Assembly: GCA_035193785.1 (NCBI GenBank)
Contig: CP136572.1
Location: forward strand, 1,588,577 to 1,652,576
Source of the DNA: Planktothrix sp. GU0601_MAG3
Lineage (GTDB): Bacteria > Cyanobacteriota > Cyanobacteriia > Cyanobacteriales > Microcoleaceae
Direction: 5' to 3'
DNA: 64,000 nucleotides
Made by a program: the position numbers and the translations under genes
Notes under the pieces: model-generated
What the model saw: the letters and a program-made list of their open reading frames with translations, nothing else
Told to the model about the DNA's origin: nothing
Databases searched by the model: none
In this document: piece by piece, positions 12,952 to 21,583 of the stretch
How positions within the stretch are numbered: the first letter of the stretch is position 1
Layout: every line of letters begins with the position of its first letter

Positions 12952-13473
12952 TTATTTGACTCCCATGCGAATTTCTGAACAAAAAGAAGCCTGAGTTAGT
13001 CCAGTATTGTTTTTAACAATGCTAGTTCTAAGTCTAAGATTTGGCATCAAATACCATAACCTTTCTTCCACATAAAAGTTAGGGGATTCTGTAGTTAGGG
13101 TTAACACTTCATCCTCTCCGAAACTATAGCTTCCCGATAGAGATTGATGGGGGTGAGTGCCTTGGGATTGGAGTAATTGACCTGTTTGGGGATGGTCAGG
13201 ATTAAGAATTGGAACTAAAATAGCAAAGCCTTTTTGTTGATTCGAGTTTCCTTCCGTTGTGCCATCCCAAGTCAAGCGAAACCCACCGGAAATTGTAATC
13301 GAATCAATCTGATGCTGTTGACAAAGCTGAACTACTGTAGCATCGGTTTGGGGTAAACTCTCAATGATCAGATTAGACTTACCCGCCTGTAATTGTCCTG
13401 ATTTTAAATTGTGTAAAGTGCGTTGGGAAAACCATTTTCCAGCACTTAATTCAAAAAATTCAATAATATTCAT
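12952..13473 (-). CDS. Phycobiliprotein lyase, CpcS/CpcU/CpeS family
   Basis: EFFELSAGKWFSQRT, EERLWYLMPNLRLRTS, ASFCSEIR motifs; paralogue (S vs U) not resolved. Confidence 0.9.
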   Translation of the reverse strand: MNIIEFFELSAGKWFSQRTLHNLKSGQLQAGKSNLIIESLPQTDATVVQLCQQHQIDSITISGGFRLTWDGTTEGNSNQQKGFAILVPILNPDHPQTGQLLQSQGTHPHQSLSGSYSFGEDEVLTLTTESPNFYVEERLWYLMPNLRLRTSIVKNNTGLTQASFCSEIRMGVK

Positions 13474-13581
13474 ATTTGATCAACTAGAAGAAATAAAAAG
13501 CCGATTTCACTTAGTTTTATTGCATACAGAAGTTTGATGCAATTGCTTCTTATTATAGCATAGTCTATTCCAAATTAAAAA

Positions 13582-13798
13582 TAGGGGCGGGTTAAGATAG
13601 TTTGGGGTTAAAAATCATAGATAGTCTTGATAGATAGGGCGGGTTAAGATAGTTTGGGGTTGAAAATTATAGATAGTCTTGATAGATAGGGCGGGTTAAG
13701 ATAGTTTGGGGTTGAAAATTATAGATAGTCTTGATAGATAGGGCGGGTTAAGATAGTTTGGGGGTGAAAATCATAGATAGTCTTGAACCCGCCCCTAC
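13582..13798. repeat. Four tandem 52-bp units of a GTAG-type REP-like element, closed by one inverted tail
   Basis: GGGCGGGTTAAGATAGTTTGGGG... recurs at an exact 52-nt period; tail GAACCCGCCCCTAC at 13785-13798. Confidence 0.9.
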
Positions 13799-13866
13799 GA
13801 TGATAATTTATATAGTGTTTATAACAACTTATTTGTGTCTTTGTGGTTCAATTAAATAAACCTTCC

Positions 13867-14767
13867 CTAACCCCAACTTAATGTTCCTTGTTCTCCATCA
13901 AGATTAACCACCATCCCAACGGGTAAAATAGCATTAGATCCTTGATGACCAAAGGGTAAATTAGAGACAATCGGAATGCCTAAATCTCCTAGGCGATCGC
14001 GTAATACTTCTTCTAGGGTAAAACTATTAGAATTCCCTTTGGCATCACAATGACTAAATCTCCCCAAGGCAATTCCGCGAACCCCTTTAAACCCTCCCAC
14101 CATGCGCCAATAGGTTAACATTCGATCCAAACGATAGGGTTTCTTCATTCACATCTTCAAAAGCAATAATAGCATCAGTTAAATCCGGTTGATAGGCTGT
14201 TCCTAATAGCTGGGTTGCAACGGTTAAATTAGCGGGAAATAATCTACCTGAAACCCTATTTCCGCCCCAACCTTCTCCTTGTAAAGTGTCGAAAAATCCG
14301 GTTTCTATTCCTTCAAATAAACGTTTGATTGACCAATCTGGTTCCGTAGCTAAGGTGGTAATTACTGGGCCATGAATACCGATAATTTGGGGGTGATTAG
14401 CAAACGCCCATAATAGTCCGGTGATATCAGAAAATCCCACTAAAAATTTAGGAAATGGGGAAATTTGGGTGATATTTTCCCATTTCCAACCTTCTAATAA
14501 TCGAGTTGATCCAAACCCGCCCCTAGCGCATAAAATTCCGCGACAATGGGGGTCATTTAAGGCTTCTATTAACTGTTGTCGGCGGTTTTCATCGGTTCCG
14601 GCTAAATATCCTGTAACTTGATCAAAACCCGATGTTAATTCAATATCATAACCGTGTGATCGCCAAATTTCAACCCCTTGTTCAAATCTTTCCCATTCTC
14701 TTAGTGCTCCACTGGGGGTAATAACTCTTAATTTATCTCCGGGTTTTAATCCTTGAAAATTGATCAT
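13867..14767 (-). CDS. LD-carboxypeptidase (peptidase S66); +1 frameshift at 14139-14143
   Basis: CARGGFG, GFSDIT (catalytic Ser), EDVNE, PFGH motifs. Confidence 0.92.
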
Positions 14768-14811
14768 GATTGATTTTTTTTTGTGTTATAAAATAATAAT
14801 AAAGAATAAGA

Positions 14812-14832
14812 AAGCCCTGAAGGGCTTACTAC
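14812..14832 (-). repeat. GTAG-headed REP-like hairpin overlapping the GT4 stop codon
   Basis: Minus strand reads GTAGTAAGCCCTTCAGGGCTT; its TAG is the corrected stop at 14829-14831. Confidence 0.6.
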
Positions 14833-15897
14833 GCGATGAGTTGAGATAACCATTGTTCCATGCGATCGCCTAATCTATCTAGGGAGTATTCGGTTTCCGC
14901 CTGTTTTCGACACATAGAAACGGTCAATTTTATCTATATTTTGGATAGCATGAACTAACTGATTAATATTATCAGGTTCCACTAACCAACCTGTAACTCC
15001 ATCTCGAATAATTTCTGTTGGCCCGCCTCGACGATAGGAGATGACTGGAACACCACAAGCCAAAGCCTCAATAGCAACATTTCCAAAGGCTTCTATCCAG
15101 CGATGGGTCATCATTAACGCCCGACATTGACCCAGTTGTGCTTGAAGTTTTGCTGTTGATAAAAAGCCTAAATATTCCATAGGAGCATCGACATAATTAT
15201 TCAGAATTGTTTCCCAATAAATGGGGTCTTGAATTTTGCCCATAATCTTTAAGAGTATCCCGGTTTTAGCTGAAGCAGCTACCGCATCTTCTAAGCCTTT
15301 TTCTGGGGAAATTCTACCTATCCAAGCCAATTGATTTTGGGGTTGATCACAAAAACAATATTGAGATAATTCAATAGCACTACTTAAACAAAAATAACCC
15401 TCTTTTAAACCAAAGGTTTCCGCTTGACTATGGCTATAAAATGCGATAGAATTAGGATATCTTTTGATCACATCTTTAACAGCCCTATCCATAATATTTG
15501 TTAAAGACCCCATGGTAATTAAATGGATTAATTTACTCTGAAAAAATGGAGTTAGAAATAAAGGCAACCAATCATAAGCAAAATTCATAATAACATCATA
15601 CTTATCTGCTATTTTTATGGTATAATTCCACATATTAGCTAATACAGAGTTATCAGTCAAAATTACTGGATCTTTACGACTTTGGGTTTGGGCTGAAGTT
15701 TGCAATTCTCCTGAAATTTCTACAATTGAAAATGATGCTAATTTAGAGGTTTCAGGGGCAATAATTGTAATTTTATGACCCCGTTTTTGCAAAATATTTG
15801 CCAGATTCAAGACCGTTAATTCCACACCTCCTGCCAACCCAGACCCCAGGGCCCCAACCGGAGTTGATACTAACAATAATTTTAAAGGTTTGTTCAT
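14829..15897 (-). CDS. Glycosyltransferase family 4; +1 frameshift at GAAAC 14917-14921
   Basis: GGVE, GRISPEKG, EAFGNVAIEALACGVPV; corrected C-terminus CRKQAETEYSLDRLGDRMEQWL. Confidence 0.9.
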
Positions 15898-15903
15898 ATA
15901 TAA

Positions 15904-16551
15904 TTATTGTTTTTTGAGTAAATCAACGGCTTCTTGTAATAACCGGATAGCCTGTTCCATTTTACTCAATATTTCCGTTTGACTGACGGGCTTTGCGGTT
16001 GGTTGGGGTGTGGTTAATCCGCCCATTTCATTCACATAGCGCAATAAATCTTGATCTCGTCTTAACCATCCCGCTAAGAAAACTTCTTGACTGGGGTTAG
16101 CTTTTACCCGTTGATACCGATAATCAATGCGATTTTGACAATAGCGTTGGGCGGTTTGTAAATTATTGGCTTTTTCTAATGCGGTTTTTGATTTGGCGCC
16201 AAAATTTCCATCAACTGTTAACCCACCAATAGCCTCTTGGAGAAATTCTAAACTGCCTTTGACACTAAAATTAACAGCAGTATCAAAATGGGCTACGGCT
16301 AAGGGTAAAACCATGGAATCTGCTAAACAGGGTTTCCAATATTGTTCATAATAAACCTGTTCTACTTCGGTTGGGGTAATTTGTAATACTGACTTAGAGG
16401 GTAAATTTTTTCCCCGTAAATAGCTATCATAGGTGGGTTGGGAAATCCCATAATTGACTGTACCTGCTAAATCTCTGGGATCACCTACGCCAGCTTCCCA
16501 TTTTAAGGTGAATTTTAAGGCAGTTTTAAAGGCTTCAGGATATTCAGGCAT
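15904..16551 (-). CDS. GH108-type lysozyme with peptidoglycan-binding segment
   Basis: LKWE.G..DP.D.AG.VNYGI, YYEQYW, HFDTAVN, VDGNFGAKS, FLAGWLRR. Confidence 0.8.
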   Translation of the reverse strand: MPEYPEAFKTALKFTLKWEAGVGDPRDLAGTVNYGISQPTYDSYLRGKNLPSKSVLQITPTEVEQVYYEQYWKPCLADSMVLPLAVAHFDTAVNFSVKGSLEFLQEAIGGLTVDGNFGAKSKTALEKANNLQTAQRYCQNRIDYRYQRVKANPSQEVFLAGWLRRDQDLLRYVNEMGGLTTPQPTAKPVSQTEILSKMEQAIRLLQEAVDLLKKQ

Positions 16552-16574
16552 GGTTTTATTTAGGGTTAGGTAAT

Positions 16575-16646
16575 GGGATCACGGATTTAAGAGGATTTCA
16601 CGGATTTCACGGATTTGAATCTGTGTTAATCTGCTTAATCCTCTTA
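16575..16646. repeat. Dispersed CACGGAT repeat, copy 2
   Basis: Matches the core of 8051-8140. Confidence 0.85.
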
Positions 16647-16676
16647 GAACTATATAACACCCAAAAAGGAGGATAA

Positions 16677-17639
16677 TTAACTACGCTGAATTTCAGCAAA
16701 GATTTCGTTTAAGATTTCTTGGGCTCCTTGATTTTTGAGTTTATGGGCGAGTTGAATTCCTAAATTTTCTGCATCGGTGGTATTTCCAATTACGGTATCT
16801 TTAATTAACCGTTTGCCATCGAGACTGGCTACCATTCCGACTAAGGTGAGTTGGTCGCCTTCAATAAAAGTATTAACTCCAATGGGAACTTGACAACCCC
16901 CCTCTAACTCGCGTAAAAATGCCCGTTCAGCATAGCATCTTTGGGCGGTGGGCGTGTGTTCAAGAACTTTAATAATATCGAGAATATCGCCATCTCCTTC
17001 TCGACATTCTATGCCTAGGGCTCCTTGTCCGACGGCGTGGAGGGAAATTTCTGGAGGGATGACTTGATGAATGCGATCGCTCATATCCAAACGAGTTAAC
17101 CCAGCAACGGCTAGAATAATTGCATCATATTCTCCATTATCCAATTTTTGTAACCGGGTATTCAGGTTGCCTCGAATATCTTTGAATTCTAAATGGGGAT
17201 AATGATATCTAAGTTGGGCGAGGCGTCGCAGGGAAGATGTCCCGATAATAGCGCCAGGTGGTAGGGTTTCGAGTTGTTTATCTTTGTGGTTTTCATGAAC
17301 AACTAAAGCATCGGCCGGATTTTCGCGTTCGCTCACACAGCCTAACATTAATCCCTCGGGAAGTCGAGTTGGTAAATCTTTGAGGGAGTGCACCGCAATA
17401 TCGCTGCTCCGCTCAAGCATTCCTACTTCTAATTCTTTGGTAAATAGTCCCTTATCGCCAATTTTAGCCAGGGCGACATCAAGAATTTTATCCCCTTGGG
17501 TGGACATGGTTTGCACTTCAAAGGTGATGTCGGGGAAGTGTTTCTGAAGTTCTCCCTGTACCCAATAGGTTTGGACTAGGGCGAGTTGGCTTTTGCGCGA
17601 TGCAATGCGGACGGTACGAGTCGGGGCAGATACAGACAT
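16677..17639 (-). CDS. hemC: Hydroxymethylbilane synthase (porphobilinogen deaminase)
   Basis: [48 protein letters not shown]. Confidence 0.98.
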   Translation of the reverse strand: MSVSAPTRTVRIASRKSQLALVQTYWVQGELQKHFPDITFEVQTMSTQGDKILDVALAKIGDKGLFTKELEVGMLERSSDIAVHSLKDLPTRLPEGLMLGCVSERENPADALVVHENHKDKQLETLPPGAIIGTSSLRRLAQLRYHYPHLEFKDIRGNLNTRLQKLDNGEYDAIILAVAGLTRLDMSDRIHQVIPPEISLHAVGQGALGIECREGDGDILDIIKVLEHTPTAQRCYAERAFLRELEGGCQVPIGVNTFIEGDQLTLVGMVASLDGKRLIKDTVIGNTTDAENLGIQLAHKLKNQGAQEILNEIFAEIQRS

Positions 17640-17818
17640 ACTAAAGCAATAATACAAGCAATAAAGTCACTTGATCTAGCCTACCGCAAGCAGGGACAGT
17701 GCCAAGGGTTTGGAGCAGAAACAGTAACCATCTTTAACACTTGGACTGCACTGATGCCAACCCACAGGTAATTCAGCCCAAATAAAAAAAACGCCATAGA
17801 GCTTTCTGGAAAAAGAGT

Positions 17819-17857
17819 TTGACAAATAAATGTAAAATATGTATATTGTGTTATACA
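17819..17857 (+). promoter_or_regulatory. sigma70-type promoter with overlapping palindromic operator
   Basis: TTGACA (17819-24), 17-nt spacer, TATATT (17842-47); TGTATA-N6-TATACA (17840-57) overlaps the -10 box. Confidence 0.75.
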
Positions 17858-17903
17858 AGCTGATAAGGTAAAATAAGTATGAAGTAACTAAGAGGCAAAG
17901 AAT

Positions 17904-18305
17904 GTGAATTCATTCAAGCAACTTCCTCTGTCTGAACTTAGAGCGAGTCTGCCTAAGTTTAAGCGTCAAGTTCAATTAGGTATGAAACGTATTGCTGCAA
18001 CTTATTATGGAGAAGTAGTAGGCTTTTTAGTACCGCTAAAAGATATAGCCGGACTTGAAGAAGATGGTTGGATTACCAAGACGGAGGAAATGTCACTCAC
18101 AGACTTTAGGGCAGGAATGACAGAATGTTGGGAAAGACTACAATTAGAAGTAGACTGCATCTATTTAACATTTCACACTCGTCGCGCAGCAGCTTTTGTC
18201 AGTCCTCGGTTAATGCCACATCTTCCCATACCCATCTCTGATGTTGCTTATAAACTCTTGGATGTTGATAGCGAAATTGTGGAACATAAAAACTCATCAA
18301 TCTAA
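17904..18305 (+). CDS. Putative antitoxin/regulator made of two tandem Phd/YefM-like domains
   Basis: Repeat 1 LPLSELRASLPKFKRQVQLGMKRIAATYYGEVVGFLVP; repeat 2 MSLTDFRAGMTECWERLQLEVDCIYLTFHTRRAAAFVSP. Both fit the Phd/YefM pattern. AGAGG RBS upstream. Confidence 0.6.
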   Translation: MNSFKQLPLSELRASLPKFKRQVQLGMKRIAATYYGEVVGFLVPLKDIAGLEEDGWITKTEEMSLTDFRAGMTECWERLQLEVDCIYLTFHTRRAAAFVSPRLMPHLPIPISDVAYKLLDVDSEIVEHKNSSI

Positions 18306-18324
18306 TATGTAGGAGCCTAAAATC

Positions 18325-19194
18325 ATGTTTGAAATAGATTTTGTAGATAATTCTTTAAAAGAAAAATTTGCAAATTTAGAAAATCATTTTCCTCGAGAAG
18401 TTTGCAGTGAAATCTCATCTTTTTTAGAGGTACTGAGAAGAGATGGAGATTTGTCGCACTCAGATTGTATGAAAGGATTCGGAAAACCAATAACTAAAAT
18501 TTCAGCTAAAACATTTGAACTTCAGTATCAAGGTAATTTTAAAACTAAAGTTCTAAAAATTTTAGATATCAAAGTAAAATCTCTTGACTTACTTAAAACC
18601 AGATTTACAATTCAGGATTTCTTGAGCGATAAAGATTTAATTGAGTGTATTCCACAATACGACAATCCAGACAAGATTATTAAAGCAATAGAATTGATTA
18701 ATCAAGGTGTGGAAGATGCTTATCAGTTAGGATTAAAGTTAAAACATAAAGGGAAAACCGAGAAGTATATTGCTCGTCATGGACAATATGCTCATTCAAC
18801 TTTAGAAGAACTCAAGCTAATTAAAAGAACAAGAAAAGGGAGAAAACTAATACCAGAAGTTACAGAAAAAGGAAAGTTAATTGCTAATGCTCCAGATCAG
18901 GATACAAAAAAAAGACTTTTAATTGAAGCAATGCTAAATTATCAACCAGTTTGGAAAGTAATTGGAGAAGTAACAGAAGCACAACAACCACTAACAGATG
19001 AACTTGTGAAAGAATTAGTATTTCCTGAAGCTGATCATGGTTCAAATACCAGTGACCGTAGAGCGCAAACTATTAAAAATTGGGTGAAGTGGATTTCTAA
19101 GTTTACAGGGATTCCAATTCATCTACCTGGTCAAGAATTACAACTGACTATTCCTGGTTTATACAGTCAGGAAAATACAGATTTCTATGATTAG
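18325..19194 (+). CDS. Putative RelE/ParE-like N-domain fused to a restriction-associated winged-helix domain
   Basis: N-terminus MFEIDF...LEVL...KP...Y...KVLKILDI; C-terminus IPQYD...VTEKG...RRAQTIKNWVKW (DUF7226-like pattern, from memory); AGGAG RBS. Confidence 0.5.
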   Translation: MFEIDFVDNSLKEKFANLENHFPREVCSEISSFLEVLRRDGDLSHSDCMKGFGKPITKISAKTFELQYQGNFKTKVLKILDIKVKSLDLLKTRFTIQDFLSDKDLIECIPQYDNPDKIIKAIELINQGVEDAYQLGLKLKHKGKTEKYIARHGQYAHSTLEELKLIKRTRKGRKLIPEVTEKGKLIANAPDQDTKKRLLIEAMLNYQPVWKVIGEVTEAQQPLTDELVKELVFPEADHGSNTSDRRAQTIKNWVKWISKFTGIPIHLPGQELQLTIPGLYSQENTDFYD

Positions 19195-19208
19195 AAACCT
19201 AAGTTGAT

Positions 19209-19244
19209 CAGGGAGTGTATTGCATGGTCTCCCTGTCCTTATTT
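19209..19244 (+). terminator. Putative terminator after the two-gene operon
   Basis: CAGGGAG...CTCCCTG stem followed by TCCTTATTT. Confidence 0.45.
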
Positions 19245-19248
19245 AACT

Positions 19249-19298
19249 AAACCTGTTTTAACAGGTTTCAGCTTTTAGCCTGAAATTGATTTCAAGGC
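19249..19298. repeat. Double-hairpin REP-like element
   Basis: AAACCTGTT-TT-AACAGGTTT perfect inverted repeat, then imperfect GCCTGAAAT..ATTTCAAGGC. Confidence 0.6.
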
Positions 19299-19352
19299 AG
19301 ATGATTCATATTGCTCAAAAAACATATCCAACTAAGTTGGACAGGAGATTCT

Positions 19353-19892
19353 ATGTCTCAATTATACCAATTTTCTCAAAATCTTGCAATCGGTAAACAA
19401 GGAGAATGGCAAATGATTAGATTTTTTATATGGTTAGGTTTTACTCAAGTTGAATTAGAAGATGTCTATCAGTACCAACTCGAAAGACAAAGACAAGGTT
19501 ATCCGTTAATCGTTGATGTTTCTGATCGTCCCGATTATCAGGAACAAGAAATTGATTTACTATTATATTATTATCCTGATAAATGTCCGATTTCAGTTGA
19601 GGTTAAAAAACAGCCTTCAGCACTAAAATACGGGAATTTATTCTTTCAAATTACAAACCATCGAGGTGATCCAGGGTGGGGTGATAAATCGAATGCTCAT
19701 TATTTTGCATTTATTGTTCCTGATTCAGAAATCCTATTAGTCAAACGTTCAAAACTTTCCGCATTAACACGAAAACATCAATTTCAATTGAAAACAATGG
19801 ATAATGGAGAGGAAGGATTATTGATTCCTGTTTCTGAAGTTCGGAATATTTGCGATCGCGATAAAATCATCCCTATTCCTAAATTAGCCTAA
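19353..19892 (+). CDS. PD-(D/E)xK-superfamily nuclease-like protein
   Basis: G..GE helix, EIDLL, VEVKK, GNLFFQ, PGW..KS motifs; ATG 19353 preceded by AGGAG. Confidence 0.65.
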   Translation: MSQLYQFSQNLAIGKQGEWQMIRFFIWLGFTQVELEDVYQYQLERQRQGYPLIVDVSDRPDYQEQEIDLLLYYYPDKCPISVEVKKQPSALKYGNLFFQITNHRGDPGWGDKSNAHYFAFIVPDSEILLVKRSKLSALTRKHQFQLKTMDNGEEGLLIPVSEVRNICDRDKIIPIPKLA

Positions 19893-19893
19893 C

Positions 19894-19948
19894 AGGACTT
19901 ACGCAAAACAACCATATCTAGTAGGGGCGAACGGCCGTTCGCCCCCAC
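19894..19948. repeat. AGGACTTACGCA end plus GTAG-type REP hairpin
   Basis: AGGACTTACGCA 19894-19905; GTAGGGGCGAACGGCCGTTCGCCCCCAC 19921-19948. Confidence 0.7.
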
Positions 19949-20017
19949 AGGGTTTAGATTGTTAGCGAAAATTTACAGTAATAAAAAATTAGGAGCTTAA
20001 AATTAATGCAAAAACAG

Positions 20018-20374
20018 TTATAAAAGAGTTATAATAAAACTAATAATTAATAACCCTAAAACAACGACCCAAATAATATTCTGTTGTAGCCAAATTCTGA
20101 AGGCAACAGATAAATTTTTCTGAGATTTAATTGGATCAGAAATTAACGGTTCAGAAAGATTTTGATAGAGAGTACATTCCTGAGCCAAAGGACGTTGGGG
20201 AAAGTTGCAAGTATCATCCTCGTGATAGAGACAGGTTTCACAGAGATATTCCTTCCCCGTCGAACGATAGAGGGGAATGCCGGGATGTCCAAAGGCTTTA
20301 AGTTGAGCTTGACAATGGGGACAACTCAGAGCCCGAGAATCAATCAGTTGGTGACACCGGGGACAATGGGACAT
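20018..20374 (-). CDS. Zinc-ribbon membrane protein
   Basis: CPRC...CPHC, CETC...C...C, C-terminal transmembrane helix. Confidence 0.75.
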   Translation of the reverse strand: MSHCPRCHQLIDSRALSCPHCQAQLKAFGHPGIPLYRSTGKEYLCETCLYHEDDTCNFPQRPLAQECTLYQNLSEPLISDPIKSQKNLSVAFRIWLQQNIIWVVVLGLLIISFIITLL

Positions 20375-20508
20375 TTTGAAGATTTAAACCGGGACAAATC
20401 GAATCGGCGAATTGGCGAAAAATACCACAAAATAGAAAATGTGAGTCAGTTTAAACATAAAGCCTAGCTTTATATTTGCACTTTAGCAGCCTAATCAGGT
20501 GAGAAACA

Positions 20509-20836
20509 ATGGATAACCAAAATAACTTACTCCGACAACTGTTGATGATTGGAATTGGGACAACCTCCCTAGTGGCGGAAAAATTGCAGGAAGCCACCGA
20601 TCAGTGGGTCAAAGACGGGACGATGAATACAGACCAAGCCAAAAAGTTTGTCGATGACATGATGCAGGGTCTCAAACTCGATCAAACCAGTTTAGAAGAC
20701 CTGATGCAGCGCCAATTCCGCAATTTAATGCAGGATGTGGGGGTTCCCCGTCAGTCGGAACTTGATGAGTTACGCGGACGCCTCGACCGCCTAGAAACGT
20801 CAGGTCAGAGACTTGGAAAATCGTCTTTGGCGTTAA
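20509..20836 (+). CDS. Phasin-family/coiled-coil protein; +1 frameshift at GAAAC 20794-20798
   Basis: LLMIGIGTTSLVAEKL, VPRQSELDELRGRLDRLE; corrected end RQVRDLENRLWR*. Confidence 0.75.
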
Positions 20837-20926
20837 AAAGTCCCCAAATAATGTCAAACTTGAATCTTGGGTTTTCCCTGAAACAACTGTCCTAAAGGTA
20901 CATGATTAGATGCAGGAGGATGAATT

Positions 20927-21493
20927 TTGCGAGAAATTCTAATTAGCTTAGGGATGATTATTGTTTGTACGGTTGTATTAGTTGTAGCTCAAATTACAAC
21001 CTCGATACAACAGGCGAAAGCGGTTAATCAAAGCACCCCGATTTCAGTGCAACAAACGGTAGCAACCTCTAGTAGTCCTTTGTTCGCACCCGATGTGGTT
21101 GCCAATGCTCAAACTCTTATTGCTCAAAATATGACGAATTCAGAAGAAACAGTAATTACAACTGACTCCGGTTTACAGTATGTGGATTTAACTGTAGGTA
21201 GCGGTGACTCTCCTACTAAGGGTGAAAAAGTTACGGTTCACTATACGGGAACTTTAACCGATGGGACAAAATTTGATAGTTCTCGCGATCGCGGAAAACC
21301 TTTTCAATTCAATATTGGTATGAGTCAAGTAATTAAAGGTTGGGATGAAGGCGTGATCACCATGAAACCAGGCGGACGCCGCAAGTTAATTATTCCACCG
21401 GAATTAGGGTATGGTTCTCGCGGTGCGGGTGGTGTAATTCCTCCGAATGCAACATTAATTTTTGATGTGGAACTACTGTCAAAACCAGGTTGA
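20927..21493 (+). CDS. FKBP-type peptidyl-prolyl cis-trans isomerase with signal sequence
   Basis: [44 protein letters not shown]. Confidence 0.96.
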   Translation: MREILISLGMIIVCTVVLVVAQITTSIQQAKAVNQSTPISVQQTVATSSSPLFAPDVVANAQTLIAQNMTNSEETVITTDSGLQYVDLTVGSGDSPTKGEKVTVHYTGTLTDGTKFDSSRDRGKPFQFNIGMSQVIKGWDEGVITMKPGGRRKLIIPPELGYGSRGAGGVIPPNATLIFDVELLSKPG

Positions 21494-21528
21494 TTATTTC
21501 ATCCTTAAAGGTTAAATACAAGCTCCCA

Positions 21529-21573
21529 AAAACCGGGTTTCTAGTTGTTTATAGATGAAGAAACCCGGTTTCT
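21529..21573. repeat. AGAAACCGGGTTTCT-type inverted repeat pair (bidirectional terminator-like)
   Basis: AAAACCGGGTTTCT...AGAAACCCGGTTTCT between convergent FKBP and dnaB; related element at 54644-54685. Confidence 0.75.
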
Positions 21574-21583
21574 GTGTATGAAT

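Noticed and set aside
13582..13798. CRISPR array
   Set aside because: The 52-bp units are near-identical along their whole length with no unique spacers, and there are no cas genes; it is a tandem REP-like repeat.
15904..16551. Prophage remnant
   Set aside because: No holin, integrase or structural genes nearby.
17841..17856. NtcA site in the islet promoter
   Set aside because: Spacing is GTA-N10-TAC, not GTA-N8-TAC.
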